Of a stretch of 64,000 nt of DNA, positions 58,548 through 64,000 are shown in pieces. Every line of letters begins with the position of its first letter. The first letter of the stretch is position 1. The DNA is from an uncultured Acidobacteriota bacterium. Its GTDB lineage: Bacteria; Acidobacteriota; Vicinamibacteria; Vicinamibacterales; CAVVIG01. A program made the position numbers and the translations under genes. The DNA is taken from positions 308,600-372,599 of the forward strand of contig CAVVPE010000003.1 in NCBI GenBank assembly GCA_963750035.1, read 5' to 3'. Below the pieces are notes generated by a model, which was not told where the DNA came from, did no database searches, and was given only the letters and a program-made list of their open reading frames with translations.

Positions 58548-59513
58548 ATAGACGCAATCAAACGCATCACCGTTCCCGAAGAAGGCATCGAGACGCTGTT
58601 TGGCTCCTACGACGAGAACCTGAAGCACCTCGAGTCGCTGTTCAACGTCCGCATCCGCACCCAAGGCCACGAGCTCCTCGTGGACGGCGACACCCCAGGC
58701 CCTGAGAATGTCGATCGCGTGGTGGGACAGCTGTCGTCGCTCATGCGGGACGGCTACAAGTTGTCGAACGCCGACGTGAAGACCGCCTCCGACCTGGTGG
58801 CCCAGGACCAGTCCGTCGATCTGCGGGAGCACTTCCTCAAGGGCAGCCTGACGCCGGCCGGCAAGCGCCGGGTCGCGCCGAAGACGATCAACCAGCGGCG
58901 GTACCTCGACGCGATCGACGCGAACGACATCGTGTTCGGCATCGGTCCCGCCGGGACGGGGAAGACCTATCTCGCCATGGCCCAGGCCGTCTCTTTCCTG
59001 GTCGCGAAGAAGGTCAGCCGCATCATCCTCGCGCGCCCGGCGGTGGAGGCCGGCGAGAAGCTCGGGTTCCTGCCGGGCGACCTCCAGGAAAAGGTCAATC
59101 CGTATCTACGGCCGTTGTACGACGCGCTCTACGACATGCTCGACGTCGAGCGGGTGGCCCGCTATATCGAGCGCGGGACGATCGAGATTGCGCCGATTGC
59201 CTTCATGCGCGGCCGGACGCTCAACGATTCGTTCGTCATCCTCGACGAAGCCCAGAACACGACGTCCGAGCAGATGAAGATGTTCCTGACGCGACTGGGG
59301 TTCGGCGCGAAGGCGGTGATTACCGGGGACGTGACGCAGATCGACTTGCCGATCGGCCGGGTCTCGGGTCTCGTCGAGGCGATGAAGGTGGTGAGCGCCA
59401 TCGAGGGCATCTCGTTCATCTATTTCGACGATCGCGACGTGGTCCGCCACAAGCTCGTGCAGCAGATCGTCAAAGCGTACGAGGCGTTCACCAACGGGAA
59501 CGGCCGGTCATAG
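58548..59513 (+). CDS. phoH: PhoH-family ATPase, start uncertain
   Basis: [15 protein letters not shown] (Walker A), [19 protein letters not shown]. The ORF track begins at 58680, but the in-frame sequence [26 protein letters not shown] upstream has no canonical start codon. Confidence 0.88.
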   Translation: MDAIKRITVPEEGIETLFGSYDENLKHLESLFNVRIRTQGHELLVDGDTPGPENVDRVVGQLSSLMRDGYKLSNADVKTASDLVAQDQSVDLREHFLKGSLTPAGKRRVAPKTINQRRYLDAIDANDIVFGIGPAGTGKTYLAMAQAVSFLVAKKVSRIILARPAVEAGEKLGFLPGDLQEKVNPYLRPLYDALYDMLDVERVARYIERGTIEIAPIAFMRGRTLNDSFVILDEAQNTTSEQMKMFLTRLGFGAKAVITGDVTQIDLPIGRVSGLVEAMKVVSAIEGISFIYFDDRDVVRHKLVQQIVKAYEAFTNGNGRS

Positions 59514-59520
59514 AATCGCC

Positions 59521-60014
59521 ATGCGACGGATGGCTGCCGGCGCGAGCCGGACCACGGGGGCGCGCTTGCGCGTGGCGGTGACCGACGGGATGGGGAGGCC
59601 GATCCCGTCCGGTGGCCTGGATCGATGGCTGGCGGATGTCGCGCCGCGCCGCGCGCGCGGGTCGATGACCGTGGCTCTGGTCAGCGACGCCCGCATCCGC
59701 GCGCTCAACCGGCAGTATCGGGGCAAGGACTACGCGACGGACGTGCTCAGCTTCCCGGTCATGGCCGATCCCCTGGAGGGGATCAGGCCCCCCGGAAATC
59801 GCCATCTCGGAGACATCGTTATCGCCCGGGGCATTGCCCGGCGCCAGGCGCGGGCGGCCGGCCACGCCCGCCCGGAAGAGCTTCGAATTCTGGCCTTGCA
59901 CGGCCTCCTCCACCTCTTGGGATACGATCACGAGCGCGACAACGGCCAAATGGCGCGTCTGGAGCAGAGGCTCCGGCGGAAAGGCGGCCTTCGGGAAGCA
60001 TTGACCGAGCGCTG

Positions 60015-60015
<1 letters not shown>
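59521..60015 (+). CDS. ybeY: rRNA maturation endoribonuclease YbeY
   Basis: TDVLSFPV, HGLLHLLGYDHERD zinc-binding motif. Confidence 0.9.
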
Positions 60016-62147
<2,132 letters not shown>

Positions 62148-62151
<4 letters not shown>

Positions 62152-62181
62152 TTTGGAATTTGGAATCAAGAATTAGGAATG
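62148..62181. repeat. single-arm GGAATTT-family word repeat running into the recO start codon
   Basis: gtaatttggaatttggaatcaagaattaggaATG. No inverted partner. Confidence 0.8.
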
Positions 62182-62826
62182 CTGTACACGACCGAAGCGC
62201 TGATCCTGAGGACGTATGCGCTTGGCGAGTCCGACCGGATCGTGGTGTTTCTGACGCGGGACCGCGGCAAGCGGCGGGGGGTGGCGAAGAACGCGCGTCA
62301 GAGCCGGCGGCGGTTCGGCGGCGCGCTCGAGCCGATGACCTACGGGCGCGTCGGCTACGTGGAGCACGAGCGGCGAGACCTGGTGTTCGTCAACTACGTC
62401 GAACCGATCCGTTCGCCGCTGGCGGCGGCCGACGGCGAGGCGCTGGGTTACGTCGGGTATTTCGCCGAGCTGATTGACGAGTGGGCGCCTGACGCCGACC
62501 CGAACGAAACGCTGTTCCGGCTCGGCACGTCGGTCGTGGATGCGTTGGCGGCCGGCGTCCCGGTGGAGCCGCTGGCCCGGTACTTCGAGTTCTGGCTGCT
62601 CCGAATCCAGGGTGTCTATCAGCCCGACCCGAAGGCGTCGCACGAGGCGAAGGCGTTTCTGCAGGCGGCGCGGACCTGCAGTCCGTTCGCGCTCACGGCG
62701 CACACGGCCTCGCAGAAGGCGCTCCGCGAGCTCGAGGCGTCGCATCGGACGATGATGTCGGTGCACCTGGAGCGGGAACTGCGATCGACGAAAGTGTTGA
62801 GAGAGATGCGCCGAGCCGATGGCTGA
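62179..62826 (+). CDS. recO: DNA repair protein RecO
   Basis: Intact 215 aa. [47 protein letters not shown]. Confidence 0.85.
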   Translation: MLYTTEALILRTYALGESDRIVVFLTRDRGKRRGVAKNARQSRRRFGGALEPMTYGRVGYVEHERRDLVFVNYVEPIRSPLAAADGEALGYVGYFAELIDEWAPDADPNETLFRLGTSVVDALAAGVPVEPLARYFEFWLLRIQGVYQPDPKASHEAKAFLQAARTCSPFALTAHTASQKALRELEASHRTMMSVHLERELRSTKVLREMRRADG

Positions 62827-63707
62827 TGACATTTCAGAATCTGATCCTCAAACTGTCCGAGTTCTGGACCTCACGCGGGTGCGCGCTCCAGCAGCCGCTC
62901 GACGTCGAGGTCGGCGCTGGCACCATGCACCCGGAGACGTTTCTCCGCGTGCTCGGACCGGCGCACTGGAACGTCGCCTACGTCCAGCCGTCGCGTCGCC
63001 CGGCGGATGGCCGCTTCGGCGAGAACCCGAACCGGCTCTTCAAGCACCACCAGTTTCAGGTCATCCTCAAGCCGGCGCCCGACGAGGTGCAGCAGCTGTA
63101 CCTCGAGAGCCTCGAGGCGTGCGGCATCAACCCGAGGCAGCACGACATCCGGTTCGAAGAGGACAACTGGGAGTCGCCGACGCTCGGGGCGTGGGGCATC
63201 GGCTGGCAGGTGATGTTCGACGGCCTGGAGATTTCGCAGTTCACCTACTTCCAGCAGGCCGGCGGCGTCGAGCTGTCGCCGATCTCTGCGGAACTGACCT
63301 ATGGCCTCGAGCGGATTGCCATGGCCCTGCAGCGCGTCGACAGCGTCTACGACCTGGAGTGGGGCGGCGGCGTCAAGTACGGCGAGGTGAGGCTCCGCGA
63401 GGAAATCGAGCAGTCGAAATACGTCTTCAACAAGGGCGTCGAGCTGGCGCCGGGCCTGGAGTTCGGCGCCTATCACCGCACGCTGTTCGACGAGTACTAC
63501 GCGATGGGCCAGTCGCTCCTCAAGTCGGGCCTCATCTGGCCCGCCCTCGAGCACTGCCTGAAGTGCTCGCATGTCTTCAACATTCTCGACTCGAGCAACA
63601 GCATCGGCGTGACCGAGCGCACGGCGTACATCCTGCGGGTCCGCCAGCTTGCCGTCGGCATCGCGCGGCAGTACGTCGACGAGTCGGCGGGAAAGGCGGT
63701 CGCGTAG
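62826..63707 (+). CDS. glyQ: glycyl-tRNA synthetase alpha subunit
   Basis: Intact 293 aa. [59 protein letters not shown]. Confidence 0.97.
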   Translation: MTFQNLILKLSEFWTSRGCALQQPLDVEVGAGTMHPETFLRVLGPAHWNVAYVQPSRRPADGRFGENPNRLFKHHQFQVILKPAPDEVQQLYLESLEACGINPRQHDIRFEEDNWESPTLGAWGIGWQVMFDGLEISQFTYFQQAGGVELSPISAELTYGLERIAMALQRVDSVYDLEWGGGVKYGEVRLREEIEQSKYVFNKGVELAPGLEFGAYHRTLFDEYYAMGQSLLKSGLIWPALEHCLKCSHVFNILDSSNSIGVTERTAYILRVRQLAVGIARQYVDESAGKAVA

Positions 63708-64000
63708 GTGCTCGATCGGGAACTGCTGCTCGAAATCGGGTGTGAAGAGCTCCCGGCCGGCTGGCTGCCAGGTCTGACCCAGCAGATCGGCGAGGTCGTC
63801 CTGGCGCAGCTGCGTGCGCACCGCCTCGCCCCGGAGTCGCCGGCCGAAACCTACAGCACGCCGCGGCGGCTCACGGTCCGGATTGCCCGTCTCGCCGAAC
63901 GTCAGACCGATCTCGAGGATCTGGTGACGGGCCCGCCAGTGTCCGCGAGCTTCACCGCCGACGGCGCGCCGACGCCCGCGGCGGCTGGATTCGCCGCCAA
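63708..64000 (+). CDS. glyS: glycyl-tRNA synthetase beta subunit (5' part, continues beyond the window)
   Basis: Own translation from GTG at 63708: VLDRELLLEIGCEELPAGWLP...YSTPRRLTVRIARLAERQ. Confidence 0.9.
   Translation, partial: MLDRELLLEIGCEELPAGWLPGLTQQIGEVVLAQLRAHRLAPESPAETYSTPRRLTVRIARLAERQTDLEDLVTGPPVSASFTADGAPTPAAAGFAA

Overview
This is a high-GC, Gram-negative-type chromosomal segment made up almost entirely of housekeeping genes in conserved blocks. On the minus strand: rplM-rpsI-rpsB-tsf-pyrH-frr, a KDO/LPS block (kdsB-pyrG-kdsA-kdsD-kdsC-lapB) and sdhCAB. On the plus strand: pilMNOPQ with two lipoprotein genes and a TPR gene, pepP-accB-accC, thiE, folD, coaE, icd, mdh, sucCD, korAB, ndk, dcd, a Rieske / split cytochrome b / octahaem cytochrome c module, hisS-aspS, and phoH-ybeY-corC-era-recO-glyQS. 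There is one tRNA-Ala(CGC). I found no CRISPR array, no intact mobile element and no recognisable defence, toxin or secondary-metabolite system. I cannot honestly name a novel multi-gene system here. Four things stand out. (1) Nearly every intergenic spacer carries a hairpin built from tandem short words, mostly 7 nt, followed by their reverse complement. The architecture is constant but the sequence differs from locus to locus. Several are AT-rich in a GC-rich background, and several sit inside operons for obligate complexes. (2) A frameshifted four-helix-bundle gene (23S-rRNA-intervening-sequence protein family) lies between the two separated arms of one such hairpin. (3) Next to tRNA-Ala is a decayed integration scar: the last ~40 codons of a tyrosine recombinase joined to a GNAT gene fragment, plus tRNA-like debris. 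(4) About half of the genes, including essential ones, need at least one frame change to read through. In the cases I examined the cause was usually a +1 extension of a G or C run. This points to indel errors in the sequence rather than biology, so all CDS ends near frameshifts are approximate. Product calls come from my own reading of the supplied translations against well-known family motifs. No database search was run.
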